This document shows, piece by piece, positions 19,687-30,372 of a stretch of DNA of 64,000 bases. Source of the DNA: Promethearchaeota archaeon. GTDB taxonomy: Archaea; Asgardarchaeota; Lokiarchaeia; Sigyniarchaeales; SOKP01. Every line of letters starts with the position of its first letter. Position 1 is the stretch's first letter. Below the pieces are notes generated by a model. It worked only from the letters and a program-made list of their open reading frames with translations, made no database searches and was not told the origin of the DNA. The stretch lies in the NCBI GenBank assembly GCA_016840165.1, contig JAEOSU010000051.1, forward strand, positions 1 to 64,000. Direction: 5' to 3'. Made by a program: the position numbers and the translations under genes.

Positions 19687-22602
19687 TTATTTATTAAATT
19701 CAGGATCATACAAATGACACGCAACAAAATAATTATTTTCAACTTCTATGCTTCTGGGAACTATAGAACTGCACGGTTCGAACCGATAGGGACACCTTGG
19801 GTGAAACCGGCATCCTGAAGGGGGATATATTAAATTTGGTACTAATCCAGGGATTACTTCAAGTTCCTCTTTCTTTTTGCCAATAACGGGTATCGATCCA
19901 AGAAGGCCCTTTGTATATGGATGAGAAGGTTTTTCAAATACTCTATAAATATCTCCATATTCAACTATAAAACCACTATACATGACTGCAACCCTGTCAC
20001 ACATCTTTGATATGATTCCAAGATCGTGTGTAATAAAAAGAATAGAGGTATTATATTTTTCGCGGAGATTCTTCATTAAATTAAGTATTTGATTTTGGAT
20101 TGTAACATCTAAAGCAGTTGTAGGTTCATCTGCTATTAATAATTTAGGACTACATGCAAGAGCCATAGCAACTTGAATTCTTTGGCGCATTCCCCCACTT
20201 AATTCATGGGGATATAGGTTATAAACACGTTCTGGGGAAGGAATGTTTAGTTCTCTAAGTAATTGTTCACTGAATTCTCGAGCAATACTGTATATGCTTT
20301 TACCAGGATGTTTCAATGTTTCAATGAGAAGCTCGTCTTCCATGTGTTGGAGATATACTTCCGAGATTTGCTTACCTACTTTAAAAACCGGATTTAGGGA
20401 ATTAAGGGGATCTTGAAAAATCATGGTTATCTTATTTCCACGATAATTTAAAATTTCTTTTTGAGATTTTTGGAGTAAATCTTCTCCTTCAAATATAACT
20501 TTTCCACTCTCAATTTTCCCTGGAGGCCGAACAACCTGAAGTATAGATAATGCCGTAACTGATTTCCCACAACCTGTTTCTCCTACAAGACCAAGCGTTT
20601 CACCTTTGTAGATTTTAAAAGAGACTCCTTCTACCGCACGTACAACACCTTCTTCAGTGTAAAAATAGGTTGTAAGATCCTCTACATCCAAAATAACTTT
20701 TTTTCCTTCAATTTCTCTCTCTTGAATTTTCGGTACTGCTACAATTGGTACGATTTTTTGATCTTTACTCATTTCTTTCTTGAATTCTTCAGGATTGAAT
20801 TTCACTTTCAAAGAAACGGTAAAAAAAATGAGAAAAATAAATATATCAATAATAAGGTGAACTCGAATATCTTGAACGTTAAAATGATAATACGGTAAAA
20901 TTGATAGAATAAATACCAATATGCTTTCAATAATAATTATACCCAAGAAAAAAGTAATAACTCCAACCCTAAACACGAAATTTAAAGATTGTTTAAACTC
21001 TTTTTTATAAAGCTTCGTAACAATAACTGAACCAACAAAAATATCTATAACTACAACAAGAAGATCATTTAGAAGAATATCACCAAAAAGATTAACAAAA
21101 AATATTCCAAATGGTAAATTTATAATTAACCATATTACATTTATAATAAATGTCTTTCTAAGGGAAGTATCAAATCCTTTCTTACTTGAAAGCCATCTTG
21201 TTATATATATTCCCACTATAAATATAATAATTGAAGAAATTATAACAGAGAAAACATCAGAGATGAGGATTTGATAGATCCCCATAAAAAAATAATAATA
21301 AACGAAGAAAAGTGGAATAACCAAAAGCCAAAGGAAAATAACTCCACCAATGAAAATAGAGTCTCTAATAATTTTTCTTGGAATTTGTTTCTCAAAAGGT
21401 ATGAGTTTGTTAAAAATAATCATAATAGAGATATCAATAAGAATTATAAAAAAAGCATATTGAACACTAAGAAAAAACATCTCAATAATGGGATTTAAGT
21501 TAGATAATAATTGAAAGAAATTAATTGAAAGAATGACAAAAACAATAATCCACAATAAACCTACGATAATATTCTTAAATAACTTTCTCTTTTTATTAAT
21601 TAAATGGGTGTTATCGTCTAAATAAGGTAAGCTCCTAAGTTTTTTCATTAAAAAGAAATATAATTTATAAGAAACACTTTCTACAAGATAAATGACACCC
21701 TCATACTTATTAAAACTATCCTCAAGATCTTGAGGGTTTCCTATAGTTTCCTTTCCTCCAAATAGTCGATTATTAATTGTTTTTTCTTTTTCTTTTGTTA
21801 TCACTTCTAAAACTTTTTTCCTACTTTTTATAGCCGCTTCTGGTAAAAACTTAATTCTTAATAAATTGAAATAGCTCACAATAAATATCCCTAAAATAAG
21901 AATTATTTCCACACGAAGATCTTGTTTTATAAAAGTCATTCCGAATAATCGAGACAGATACATTTCAAAAATGATAAATTGGACTGACCAGATCCCAAAC
22001 GAGATTAGTCCACTTGCAATCAAAGAATCTCTGAATGCCTTTTTTGGGATCTGATTCTCAATTGGTTTTGATTTATCTATTAAATACATAAGAACTATGA
22101 TAAAGAAGACTGTAAAAAATGCCGTGAAAAATCCTATATATAATAGATCATAATCTGGTTTATTTGGTTCCCATTCCAATTGAAGTCCTAATATCTCAAA
22201 TGAGAGAAATATTACTGCTATACTCCAAATTACACCCAATATTATTATAAATTTTAGTTTGAAATCTTTAAATATTTGATGTATATCTTCAAATTCTGAA
22301 GCTTTATAGAACTTTGGTAAAAATAATTTATATATAGGAAAAAATGTGCTTATTGCTACTGCGAAAAAGAGAATAAAATTATTCAAATATCCAATTATTG
22401 GATAATCGTCAAAGGTTTCAACAACAAACCCGATACCGAATATCATACCAAAGACCAATAATAAAGTTAAACATAAGCTTTTAACATTTATTGGTATTCC
22501 TTTATCCTTTGGAAGTAGTTTGTTTATTAAACTAAAAATAAGACTTAAAATTAATATTATAACAATAACTTCAACTAGAACTAGTCCATAATTAAAAGCC
22601 AT
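19687..22602 (-). CDS. oppD: OppD/DppD-type ABC ATPase fused to a ~630-aa N-terminal polytopic membrane domain
   Basis: GETGCGKS, HELSGGMRQR, ADEPTTALD, HPYT, GCRFHPRCP; ATPase starts near aa 636. Confidence 0.88.
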   Translation of the reverse strand: MAFNYGLVLVEVIVIILILSLIFSLINKLLPKDKGIPINVKSLCLTLLLVFGMIFGIGFVVETFDDYPIIGYLNNFILFFAVAISTFFPIYKLFLPKFYKASEFEDIHQIFKDFKLKFIIILGVIWSIAVIFLSFEILGLQLEWEPNKPDYDLLYIGFFTAFFTVFFIIVLMYLIDKSKPIENQIPKKAFRDSLIASGLISFGIWSVQFIIFEMYLSRLFGMTFIKQDLRVEIILILGIFIVSYFNLLRIKFLPEAAIKSRKKVLEVITKEKEKTINNRLFGGKETIGNPQDLEDSFNKYEGVIYLVESVSYKLYFFLMKKLRSLPYLDDNTHLINKKRKLFKNIIVGLLWIIVFVILSINFFQLLSNLNPIIEMFFLSVQYAFFIILIDISIMIIFNKLIPFEKQIPRKIIRDSIFIGGVIFLWLLVIPLFFVYYYFFMGIYQILISDVFSVIISSIIIFIVGIYITRWLSSKKGFDTSLRKTFIINVIWLIINLPFGIFFVNLFGDILLNDLLVVVIDIFVGSVIVTKLYKKEFKQSLNFVFRVGVITFFLGIIIIESILVFILSILPYYHFNVQDIRVHLIIDIFIFLIFFTVSLKVKFNPEEFKKEMSKDQKIVPIVAVPKIQEREIEGKKVILDVEDLTTYFYTEEGVVRAVEGVSFKIYKGETLGLVGETGCGKSVTALSILQVVRPPGKIESGKVIFEGEDLLQKSQKEILNYRGNKITMIFQDPLNSLNPVFKVGKQISEVYLQHMEDELLIETLKHPGKSIYSIAREFSEQLLRELNIPSPERVYNLYPHELSGGMRQRIQVAMALACSPKLLIADEPTTALDVTIQNQILNLMKNLREKYNTSILFITHDLGIISKMCDRVAVMYSGFIVEYGDIYRVFEKPSHPYTKGLLGSIPVIGKKKEELEVIPGLVPNLIYPPSGCRFHPRCPYRFEPCSSIVPRSIEVENNYFVACHLYDPEFNK

Positions 22603-22631
22603 AGAATTTATCCTTTTTTACTGTATTTTTT

Positions 22632-23633
22632 TTATTTTATATGTAATCGTGGATCTAATGCATCCCGTAACCCATCACCAATTAATATAAATCCAATGGA
22701 AGTAAGACCTATGAATAATCCTGGCCAGAGAGCTGCTCCTGGAGTATCAAAATGACCTCTTGCATACATGATATCTGCTCCCCAATTAGCAATAGTAGGA
22801 TCTCCCAAACCGATAAAAGCAAGACCTGCTAGACCCAAAACAGTAGTACCCATTGCTCCAAAAAAAGAAATAATAATGGGAGAAATTGTATTGGGAAAAA
22901 TATGTTTAAACATAACTCTAAACTTATCTGCCCCACTACTTATTGCAGCTCTAACATAATCATTTTGTTTTACTTGTAAAACTAAAGATCTCATAAATCT
23001 AATATTATAGGGTATAAAGAGAATACCATAAATTATTAGAACCTGATATAAATCATTTCCAACTAAGGGAGCAATAATTATAACAATTATCAACATTGGT
23101 AAACTTAAGAAGATATCACAGAGACGCATCATGACGGAATCAACCCAACCTCCAAAATATGCCGAAATTGTTCCTAATATAACACCTCCACCAATGGAAA
23201 TTGCAACAGGCAATAGTGCTGCCTGTAGAGTAGTCCTAGCACCCCAGATTAATCTTCCAAGAATGTCCCATCCATATATTGTTGTACCTAATGGATGTTC
23301 TGGTGATGGTGGCAGGAAAGCATCATCTGGAGGATATAATGGGGGCGTTACATTTGCTAAAGTAAGTTCAGTAAGCCAAGGACCATAAACGGCTATAAAA
23401 GCAATAATTAAAACTAAGAGAAAACCGAGTAGGGTTAATGGTGTAATAAAACGGCGGAATAATCTCCTTTTTGATTTAATTTTTCCAATCTGATATTCTC
23501 GTTCGGAAAATTCAGGAACTCTATAACCAGGCAATAAATAAAATTTTATTAATTGCTTAATTTTTGAATTGTTTTTTATTGAATCTTCCTCAATTTCCTC
23601 TTTTTCGCTATAAACTTGCATTATTAAAATCAC
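22632..23633 (-). CDS. oppC: peptide/nickel ABC permease OppC/DppC
   Basis: HPLGT..GWDILGRLIWGAR, YVRAAISSGA, GDGLRDALDPR. Confidence 0.92.
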   Translation of the reverse strand: MILIMQVYSEKEEIEEDSIKNNSKIKQLIKFYLLPGYRVPEFSEREYQIGKIKSKRRLFRRFITPLTLLGFLLVLIIAFIAVYGPWLTELTLANVTPPLYPPDDAFLPPSPEHPLGTTIYGWDILGRLIWGARTTLQAALLPVAISIGGGVILGTISAYFGGWVDSVMMRLCDIFLSLPMLIIVIIIAPLVGNDLYQVLIIYGILFIPYNIRFMRSLVLQVKQNDYVRAAISSGADKFRVMFKHIFPNTISPIIISFFGAMGTTVLGLAGLAFIGLGDPTIANWGADIMYARGHFDTPGAALWPGLFIGLTSIGFILIGDGLRDALDPRLHIK

Positions 23634-23646
23634 TTCTTTTTAATCG

Positions 23647-24717
23647 TTACTTAAAAGTTATTCTTGGGTCGATCACGACATAGAGCACATCAGTAATTAA
23701 TGTTCCACTAATTATAATTAAACATGAACATACTAAAAATCCATTTATAAGTAAATAATCACCAACAAATATAGAACGAACAAAATAATATCCAAATCCT
23801 AAATAATTAAAAGTTGCTTCTAAGAAAATAGATCCTAAAAGTGCTCCTGTTATTGTAGTTATTATAAGGTTACTTGAAGGAATTAACGCATTCCGAATGG
23901 CATGTGAATTAATGACCTTTTTTTCCGGAAGGCCCTTAGCACGGGCAGTCCGAATATAATCTTGATCCATGACATCTAACATACTAGAACGGGTTTGTCT
24001 CGTAATACCCGCAAGAGATCCAAAAGATATACAAATTACGGGAATAAATAAATGGAGGATTGTATCAAAAAAGAAAACTGGATCATTATTCAAAATAGCA
24101 TCAATAAGGCGAAATCCAGTGAAATATTCCCCTGATAAATGAGCTCCAGGTGTATTTGAAAACATAATCTGTATAGATATTTCTCCATATGTGAATTCTT
24201 TTAGAATTACACCAAAAAATACTTGCAGGAGGTTACCTATAAAAAATATTGGTAATCCCGCTCCTAAAACTGCAAGAAAGCGAATGGAGGTATCTTTCAG
24301 CTTATCTTTGTTAGTTGAAGACACAATTCCAAGTTTTACCGCAATAATAGGTATTATAACAATTGGAAATATCATTAACTCAATAGTTTTTGGAAAAACA
24401 GTACCGATAACTTCAATTACCGGGACATCACGCATAATAACATAAGAATTGCCCCAATTTCCTGTGAAAAAATTCTGTAGATATATAAATAGCTGTACCA
24501 ATACTGGTTTGTCATATCCCATTCTTCTTTCTTCCTCTTCAATCATTCTCTGGATTTGTACTAAATCTTCGCCCGGCGCTATCTGTGAAATCACGGGAAA
24601 TACATCCATATTTTTTGATAAAATAAAAGTAATTATTAAAACTATGATTAATATTGGAACCATCATCAATATCCGCTTGATAATATATTTAATCATATTC
24701 TGACTTTGACGAGCCAA
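23647..24717 (-). CDS. oppB: peptide/nickel ABC permease OppB/DppB
   Basis: YIIKRIL, GNWGNS, QDYIRTARAKGL, HAIRNALIP, DVLYVVIDPRI. Confidence 0.92.
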   Translation of the reverse strand: MARQSQNMIKYIIKRILMMVPILIIVLIITFILSKNMDVFPVISQIAPGEDLVQIQRMIEEEERRMGYDKPVLVQLFIYLQNFFTGNWGNSYVIMRDVPVIEVIGTVFPKTIELMIFPIVIIPIIAVKLGIVSSTNKDKLKDTSIRFLAVLGAGLPIFFIGNLLQVFFGVILKEFTYGEISIQIMFSNTPGAHLSGEYFTGFRLIDAILNNDPVFFFDTILHLFIPVICISFGSLAGITRQTRSSMLDVMDQDYIRTARAKGLPEKKVINSHAIRNALIPSSNLIITTITGALLGSIFLEATFNYLGFGYYFVRSIFVGDYLLINGFLVCSCLIIISGTLITDVLYVVIDPRITFK

Positions 24718-24741
24718 TTTTTTCCCTCCTAAATACCATCT

Positions 24742-25122
24742 CTAATATTTTTCTTTTTTTCTTACTGATAATTGTTTTAATTTCATCCCAATCAGAGAAC
24801 CGCTTAGAGTTAATCCGATTAAAATTAAAATGTTAAGATATCCTTCAAAATAGGCAAATTGTAAAATGAAGGGTTCTAAACTGAACCCAAACATAATATA
24901 ATAAAATATAAAACCCTCAACAATTATCGTAGGAACCAGCCAGATCGATGCTCTAATTCCATAGTGAGGAATATCTTCCTTGTAAGTCATAATGAAACAC
25001 ACTACAAATAATAAAATTGCTCCTAGAAAAAAACTGCGAGTATAAGTAGTATATGTCCATATTAATATTGTCCTATCCATATCTAAAAAAGAAATCCAGT
25101 CACCATATTGATCATATAACAT
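24742..25122 (-). CDS. hypothetical membrane protein, first gene of the opp operon (probably extends to ~25272)
   Basis: Several TM helices, 24 nt before oppB; the frame stays open for 52 codons upstream of the first ATG. Confidence 0.8.
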   Translation of the reverse strand: MLYDQYGDWISFLDMDRTILIWTYTTYTRSFFLGAILLFVVCFIMTYKEDIPHYGIRASIWLVPTIIVEGFIFYYIMFGFSLEPFILQFAYFEGYLNILILIGLTLSGSLIGMKLKQLSVRKKEKY

Positions 25123-25474
25123 AGTATTGGCAATAATTCCATAATAACCTAAAATAATTATTATATAACATAAGATTACGGTTCCTTGCCTACCCCAATC
25201 AATTTTAAAATGAGCACGAAACTCCGGCTCGGCTTGAAACTCATCTTGTTGGATATTAATAGGTTTTTTAATTTTTACTCACTCATCTTGGTTATTACTG
25301 TAAGATTCTATATTAATCTTGAGTTAGACTTGATTGATTTAATTATACATTAATTATTTTCATAATAATAAATGTTTGATTTGTAAATGATTAATGTATA
25401 TTTATATTTTTTTTTGTTTAATTCATTATAATTTTAAATATAAAATAAATAAATTTATGGTGTTTAAAGTGGTT

Positions 25475-26752
25475 TTAGGCATCAAGGTTTTCGATTACAG
25501 TTGCCACACCTTGCCCTCCACCACAACATGCATTAGCAACACCATATTTTGCTTTTTTATCTTTCAATATCCTAGCTAATGTTCCAGTCAATCTTACCAT
25601 AGTAGAACCTAAAGGATGTCCAATTGCTGTTGAACCGCCCATAATATTTACTTTTTCTTCGGGTATGTTAAATTTATCCATGCAATTTAACGTAACTATA
25701 CAAAATGCTTCATTAATTTCCCAGAAATCAATATCCTCCACCTTCAAACCAGCATATTCTAATGCCTTTTGAGTAGCAGGTACTGGCCCTCTTCCCATTG
25801 TATGAGGATCTACTCCTGCCCAACCGATGGAGACTATCCTTGCCATTGGTTCCAGACCTCTTCTTTTTGCTTCTTCTGCTTCCATTAAAACTGCCGCAGT
25901 TGCTCCAGCATTTAAAGGAGAAGAATTTGCTGCTGTAATTACTCCTTCTTCACTTCCTTCTCGTTTAATATAACCTTCTTTTCCACCATTTTTTTTTAAG
26001 AAAAAGGGTTTTGTTAATCGTGGTAATTTTGATACTGCTTCTAATGTAGATTTTCTAGCATTCATATCTTTATCAATTATCATTTTCTCATTCACATTAC
26101 CAGGTACATGGCCTTCAATTGGGACTATTTCATCTTTAAACCAACCAGATTCTTGGCTTTTAATAGTTAAGTTATGACTTCTTACTCCAAATTTATCCAG
26201 ATCTTCTTTTGTAAAGGTAGGTATTTCTTCTTCATAGAGTAATTGAGCAGTACTTAACATGTTAAAAAAGACTCTTAAATCCATATCTGGGCGATAATAT
26301 ATGCTATCCTTATAGGCAAGCTTTAAATTAGGATCCGTACCCGATCCATAAACTCTTGTCATATGCTCAAAACCTGTTGAAAGTACTGTTTTGCTAAATC
26401 CATTCATAATTTCCATAATTCCAACATGCATTCCTGTTCCAGCAGAGCCACATTGTCTATCTACAAAAAAAGCTGGAACATTAAAGGGAAATCCTGATAA
26501 AAATAGAGGTAACCTACCACCATAGGTCCAATTTTCTAATACCCCGACGGCACATCCGACAGAACAATCATCAATATCCTTTTTTTCTATTCCTTTATCC
26601 GCCAATCTTTTATCAAACATATGCATTAAAAGCTGGGCTAATAGTTCATCTCCTCTAATTTCTCCAAATACATCACTTTCAGGTTGATTTGTTCGAGATC
26701 GGGAGAATGCGGTACGTACATAATCAATTAACCATACTTCGTTATTTTTCAT
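25475..26752 (-). CDS. acetyl-CoA C-acyltransferase (thiolase)
   Basis: DRQCGS active Cys, EINEAF, GHPLG, CCGGGQG. Confidence 0.95.
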   Translation of the reverse strand: MKNNEVWLIDYVRTAFSRSRTNQPESDVFGEIRGDELLAQLLMHMFDKRLADKGIEKKDIDDCSVGCAVGVLENWTYGGRLPLFLSGFPFNVPAFFVDRQCGSAGTGMHVGIMEIMNGFSKTVLSTGFEHMTRVYGSGTDPNLKLAYKDSIYYRPDMDLRVFFNMLSTAQLLYEEEIPTFTKEDLDKFGVRSHNLTIKSQESGWFKDEIVPIEGHVPGNVNEKMIIDKDMNARKSTLEAVSKLPRLTKPFFLKKNGGKEGYIKREGSEEGVITAANSSPLNAGATAAVLMEAEEAKRRGLEPMARIVSIGWAGVDPHTMGRGPVPATQKALEYAGLKVEDIDFWEINEAFCIVTLNCMDKFNIPEEKVNIMGGSTAIGHPLGSTMVRLTGTLARILKDKKAKYGVANACCGGGQGVATVIENLDA

Positions 26753-26968
26753 CGATACTTTTCACCATAAAAAAAAATTTTAAATCTACATTGTATATTA
26801 TTCCTTTTTTTTTAAATATTTTAGTTAGCAAAGTCAAAATTATAAAATAAGTACTAAATGGGGTAACTTTCTTATTCATTCAAAAAGTAATTTTGAAAAA
26901 TTTTTTTAATGAGTGCTGTCTATTTATTACACCTCACGTTAAAATTAATAAAAGGAAGTGAATATAAG

Positions 26969-28138
26969 GTGGAAGTAAAAAATATAGTAATACTTGGTTT
27001 TGGGGATATGGGAAAAGGAATTGCCCAAGTATGTTTAATGGCAGGGTATAATATTACTGCGGTGGATGTGAGCGATAAAATTATCCAGGAGGGACTAGAG
27101 TACAATAAGACTGGTTTTGAAAAATTAGAACAGAAAGGAAAATTACCTAAAGGTGTGACTGCGGCAGCAATTATGGAAAAATTAAAAGTAGATAAAAACT
27201 TAAGCAATGCGGTGAAAAATGCTGATCTTGTAATAGAAGCGGTCTCAGAGAAATCCGATCTTAAACAGCAATTATGTAAGGAGGTAATTGAACAATCTCC
27301 TAAACATTGCATATTTGCTTCGAACACATCTACTATTAGTATAACAGAAATTGCTCAAAGGTGTAATAAACCTGAAAATGTAATTGGAATGCATTTCTTT
27401 AATCCTGCTCCCTTAATGCGCTTGATAGAAGTAATAAAAGGAAATAAAACTTCAGAGGAAACCATGGATATTGGCGTGAAAGTTGCTAAGACATTGCCTT
27501 GTCTTAGAGGAGAGAGATATGTTGCGCAAGTTTTGAAAGATCGCCCTGGATTCATTGTAAATAGGGTATTAGCACCTAATAGTATATATAATAATTATAT
27601 TTTGGATCTAGCATATGAGAAGGGAATACCTTGGGAACAAGTTGATGCTGATTTATCAAATCCAAAAGCTCCTATGACTTCATTAACCTTAGCTGATTTT
27701 ACTGGTAGAGATATAGCATATAACGCCAGTCTATATTATGCGGAGAAAATTTCCCCCGATTTCAAACCTGGTAAAGTTTTAACTATGCATTATAATAACG
27801 GTACTCTAGGAAAAAAAACCGGAAAAGGATTTTATGATTGGTCCAAAGGGAGACCTCAGCCTGATTTATCCAAGAAAGCTGGATTAGTTGATCGTCGGGT
27901 TTTTGCTGCAATTAGTGCTAATGAAGGTTGTAGGATTTTGGAAGAAGGTGTCGCAAAAAGTTGGAAAGTTATAGATGAAGCCATTTTGGCAGGCATGAAC
28001 TTTCCTGGTCCAATGGAATATGCAACGACTAATTATAAAGAGCTTAGCAATATATTAGAGGAGTATTCAGAGAAATTAGGAAAGGATTATATAAAACCTT
28101 GTGAGTTACTAAAATCTGGAAAATTTGTCGATATGTAA
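26969..28138 (+). CDS. 3-hydroxyacyl-CoA dehydrogenase
   Basis: GFGDMG, IEAVSE, ASNTS, GMHFFNP, PGFIVNR, LGKKTGKGFY. GTG start after GGAAGTGA (track start 26909). Confidence 0.93.
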   Translation: MEVKNIVILGFGDMGKGIAQVCLMAGYNITAVDVSDKIIQEGLEYNKTGFEKLEQKGKLPKGVTAAAIMEKLKVDKNLSNAVKNADLVIEAVSEKSDLKQQLCKEVIEQSPKHCIFASNTSTISITEIAQRCNKPENVIGMHFFNPAPLMRLIEVIKGNKTSEETMDIGVKVAKTLPCLRGERYVAQVLKDRPGFIVNRVLAPNSIYNNYILDLAYEKGIPWEQVDADLSNPKAPMTSLTLADFTGRDIAYNASLYYAEKISPDFKPGKVLTMHYNNGTLGKKTGKGFYDWSKGRPQPDLSKKAGLVDRRVFAAISANEGCRILEEGVAKSWKVIDEAILAGMNFPGPMEYATTNYKELSNILEEYSEKLGKDYIKPCELLKSGKFVDM

Positions 28139-28247
28139 TAGTATTTTTTATTATTCATTCAATTATAGGAAATTAAAAAAGAGGGTAAAAATGACAATAA
28201 TTAAGTATAAAACGATGTTAAATACAGTTTTAATAGGTGACATTTAG

Positions 28248-30263
28248 ATGAAATTTGTGAAATTATTTGAACTGTTTAAGATAAAGGATCTCGACATACG
28301 AAATCGAATCGTAATGCCTGCTATGGCGTTAAATTTTTCTCGAGACGGAGGAATAAATGATACAACAATTAATTTTTATTTAGAACGTGCCAAAGGAGGA
28401 GTTGGTTTAATTATAATAGGAGGTGCGGGAGTCGAAGCAAGAGGTGGAGGACCAACTATGTTTGCAATTTATGATGATAAATACATTCCTGGTTATACTA
28501 GGTTTACAGATACTATGCATAGCCAAGGTGCAAAGACTTTCGTCCAACTATACCATGCGGGAGCGTATTCTGGTATGCCAGATATGGTCTCCTCTTCGGC
28601 AGTTATGTCTAATCTTACAAGAAGGGTTCCTAAAGAATTAACTATTGATGAAATTAAGGTTGTTCAAGAAAATCATGCTCTAGCCGCAGAAAGAGCCTTA
28701 AAAGCAGGTTTTGACGGAGTAGAATTATTAGGAAGTGCAGGCTATCTTATCAATCAATTTTTAAGTCCCGTTACTAATAAAAGGACGGATGAATATGGGG
28801 GTTCTTTGGAAAACAGATTAAGATACCCTTTGGAATTAATCCAATTGGTGAAAGAAAGAGTAGGACAGAAAATGATTGTAGGAATGAGGATAGCTGGTGA
28901 TGATTTCGTACCTGGATCTAATACATATAAAGAAAGCGCTGTCTTTGCAAAGCATTATGTTGATGCAGGGATTGATTACATTAATGTAACTGGAGGTTGG
29001 CATGAAACCAGAATTCCTCAAATTCCTATGATGGTTCCACAAGGAGCCTATGCTTATCTGGCTGAGAATGTAAAAAATGTTGTTAATGTACCTGTATTCT
29101 CTAGTAACCGTATTAATAGTCCTCTTGTAGCAGAACAAATTCTTAGAGATCAAATGGCAGATGCTGTTTGTATGGGAAGAGCCCTTATCGCAGATGCTTA
29201 TTTACCTTTAAAAGCAAAACAGAATAAACTCTGGGATATTCGGAAATGTGTAGGATGTAATCAAGGTTGTTTTGATCATATTTTTACCGGAAAATCTGTT
29301 GAATGTATGAGAACTTATATGGTTTCAAGAGAGGGTAATATTGATCTTGATATCAAGACAAAACATCCAATGAAAGTCTTAATAATAGGCGCCGGTCCTG
29401 GTGGATTAGAAGCGGCAAGAATAACAAAAGTTTTGGGCCATAGTGTCACAATACTCGAAAAAAGATCTAGCCTTGGTGGTCAAGCTAATCTTTCGTGGGT
29501 GCCTCCTGGTCGACATGATATTCACGAGATTATGAATTATTATTCCGCACAAATAGAACATCTAGGAATTGAATTGCATCTAGGAGTAGAAGCAGATTTA
29601 GATTACATTAATAAATATCAACCTGATGTAGTTATTTTCGCGACAGGTGTTAAATATAATATCCCTGATATACCAGGAATAGATGGTAGTTTAGGGAGTG
29701 AAATTTATTTAGCTGAAAAAATACTTGAGGGAGAATATCCTATCGGAAAAAATGTTGTAGTGGTTGGTGGTTCAGCGACAGGAATAGAAACTGCTATTTG
29801 GGCGGCAGAACAAGGAGCACTTAATTCTGAAGTAGCAAAATTCATAGCATTTTATGATTTATTACCGAAAGACGAATTATTTAAACGATGGTTGAGAGGT
29901 AATCGTAAGGTTACCATCATTGATATGCTTCCTAAACTCGGTATGAGCATTGGAAGAACAACTAGAGGATTTTTGATAGGGCAACTAATGAAATTAGGAA
30001 TAAATAGTATCTTAGATGTTCAAATTAAAAAATTTGAAGGTAAAACTTTAATATATGAGCACGAGAATGAAATAAAAACATTACAAAATATTGACACTTT
30101 TATTTTAGCTACAGGCGTGGAACCTAATGATGATCTATTCAATAAGGTAAAAGAAACTAATCCTCCCTATAAGATTTTCAAAATAGGGGACTGCAAGGAA
30201 CCGCGAACCATGATGGAGGCAATTCATGAGGGCTTTAGTACTGCGTACAATCTCGATAAATAG
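28248..30263 (+). CDS. fadH: NADPH-dependent 2,4-dienoyl-CoA reductase (OYE-type Fe-S flavoenzyme)
   Basis: NRIVMPAM, GFDGVELLGSAGYLINQF, NKRTDEYGGSLENR, CVGCNQGC...C, IIGAGPGG. Confidence 0.88.
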   Translation: MKFVKLFELFKIKDLDIRNRIVMPAMALNFSRDGGINDTTINFYLERAKGGVGLIIIGGAGVEARGGGPTMFAIYDDKYIPGYTRFTDTMHSQGAKTFVQLYHAGAYSGMPDMVSSSAVMSNLTRRVPKELTIDEIKVVQENHALAAERALKAGFDGVELLGSAGYLINQFLSPVTNKRTDEYGGSLENRLRYPLELIQLVKERVGQKMIVGMRIAGDDFVPGSNTYKESAVFAKHYVDAGIDYINVTGGWHETRIPQIPMMVPQGAYAYLAENVKNVVNVPVFSSNRINSPLVAEQILRDQMADAVCMGRALIADAYLPLKAKQNKLWDIRKCVGCNQGCFDHIFTGKSVECMRTYMVSREGNIDLDIKTKHPMKVLIIGAGPGGLEAARITKVLGHSVTILEKRSSLGGQANLSWVPPGRHDIHEIMNYYSAQIEHLGIELHLGVEADLDYINKYQPDVVIFATGVKYNIPDIPGIDGSLGSEIYLAEKILEGEYPIGKNVVVVGGSATGIETAIWAAEQGALNSEVAKFIAFYDLLPKDELFKRWLRGNRKVTIIDMLPKLGMSIGRTTRGFLIGQLMKLGINSILDVQIKKFEGKTLIYEHENEIKTLQNIDTFILATGVEPNDDLFNKVKETNPPYKIFKIGDCKEPRTMMEAIHEGFSTAYNLDK

Positions 30264-30372
30264 AATATTTTTTATTTTTTTTTACTTATTTTTTTGAAGT
30301 ATTTTCTATTAAAAACCAAATTAAAAAAAAGGATATAGATAAAATTTATTTTTAGGATTTTTTTAATGCTTT

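Noticed and set aside
25344-25400. 11-bp inverted repeat TATACATTAAT...ATTAATGTATA upstream of the opp operon
   Set aside because: 35-nt spacer in extremely AT-rich DNA with no second copy; a similar weak repeat at 60235-60265 was also dropped.
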